From Raja brachyura (Eukaryota), in contig OY740795.1 of assembly GCA_963514005.1 (NCBI GenBank), forward strand, positions 620,001-684,000: DNA of 64,000 bases. The letters are read 5' to 3'. Every line of letters starts with the position of its first letter. Position 1 is the stretch's first letter. Under the pieces are notes generated by a model. That model ran no database searches. It was not told where the DNA came from and was given only the letters and a program-made list of their open reading frames with translations. Positions 63,361-64,000 of the stretch are shown piece after piece. Both the position numbers and the translations under genes were made by a program.

Positions 63361-64000
63361 TCTTACCAACTATTGAAGTCATGCTAACCGCCTAATCATT
63401 ACAACTGGCTTATAAATTTCCCCATACAATTCATGGGATTGATCCACGCCCGCTGCGTGTGAAAGCCTGGGAATCAATCTCTTTCTCACTTCCAGGAAAC
63501 AGGGAGGTTGGCAGGATAGTAGATTGGCTGCGAGTGAAGCTGGACCACCTGTAAACATTCCACAAACTGAAATCAAACGACAGCTGCCAGAACTGTTGAA
63601 ACGGTTCTCGGGAGGGGTAAATATGAACCGCAAGCACAAAAAGCGGGCGACCAAGATTGAAAACTAAAACTGTTCAATTAAATAAAAGTAAAACGCAGAA
63701 GGACGTAGCCCAGTAAAAATAAAAATGAATAAAAATTGGGTTTGCAAGGCGAAATAGTTCAACCAACATTGAATAGCGGAATAGGCTTGATGGATCGAAT
63801 ATCTAAATTATACTCCTATCACATGACCTTATTACCTATGCCTTACATTCCACCCCATCACTGTTGAAACTTAATCATATCCAGCAAGGGATACACTTCA
63901 GTCAAACTGTGGGGAGAATGACTAGTTCTATTGTTTTAACGCGAAGAACCAATTGCAAAATTTCAGAGAACCGAGTAAGGTAATTTGGCTCATTCACCGG

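Larger units (their letters stand above)
51697..64000. repeat. Tandem segmental duplication unit B (partial; NAR leader-V-J deleted)
   Basis: See unit A; the junction at 62907/62908 joins sequence equivalent to 42017 and 45272. Confidence 0.85.

Overview
Repeat-rich eukaryotic DNA from a cartilaginous fish; a skate or ray is inferred from the NAR-type V gene and the CR1/SINE landscape. The key feature is an apparently intact NAR-TCR cassette of the T-cell receptor delta locus on the + strand. It consists of a leader exon (43906-43948), an IgNAR-like V exon with an extra FR1 Cys and a 22-bp-spacer RSS (44104-44434), and a J with a 12-RSS (44712-44807). A 6.1-kb intron then leads to a leaderless supporting TCR-delta V with a CDR1 Cys and a 23-RSS (50907-51251). 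I could find no canonical D between V and J. The cassette lies in a ~24-kb tandemly duplicated unit (about 28.0-51.7 kb and 51.7 kb to beyond the window) that also carries a GPR139/GPR142-like GPCR pseudogene. The second unit has deleted exactly the NAR leader-V-J segment but keeps the sequence leading to the supporting V. An intact two-exon GPR139-like GPCR lies at 898-5912. Most of the rest is mobile DNA: a nested L1 containing a chromovirus Gypsy and CR1s, a second Gypsy, a solo LTR, a structurally complete DIRS1 tyrosine-recombinase retrotransposon, many CR1 LINEs, V-SINEs and Penelope-type short repeats with hammerhead-like motifs. All alignments were done by eye. Repeat boundaries are approximate, and some single-base frameshifts could be assembly errors.
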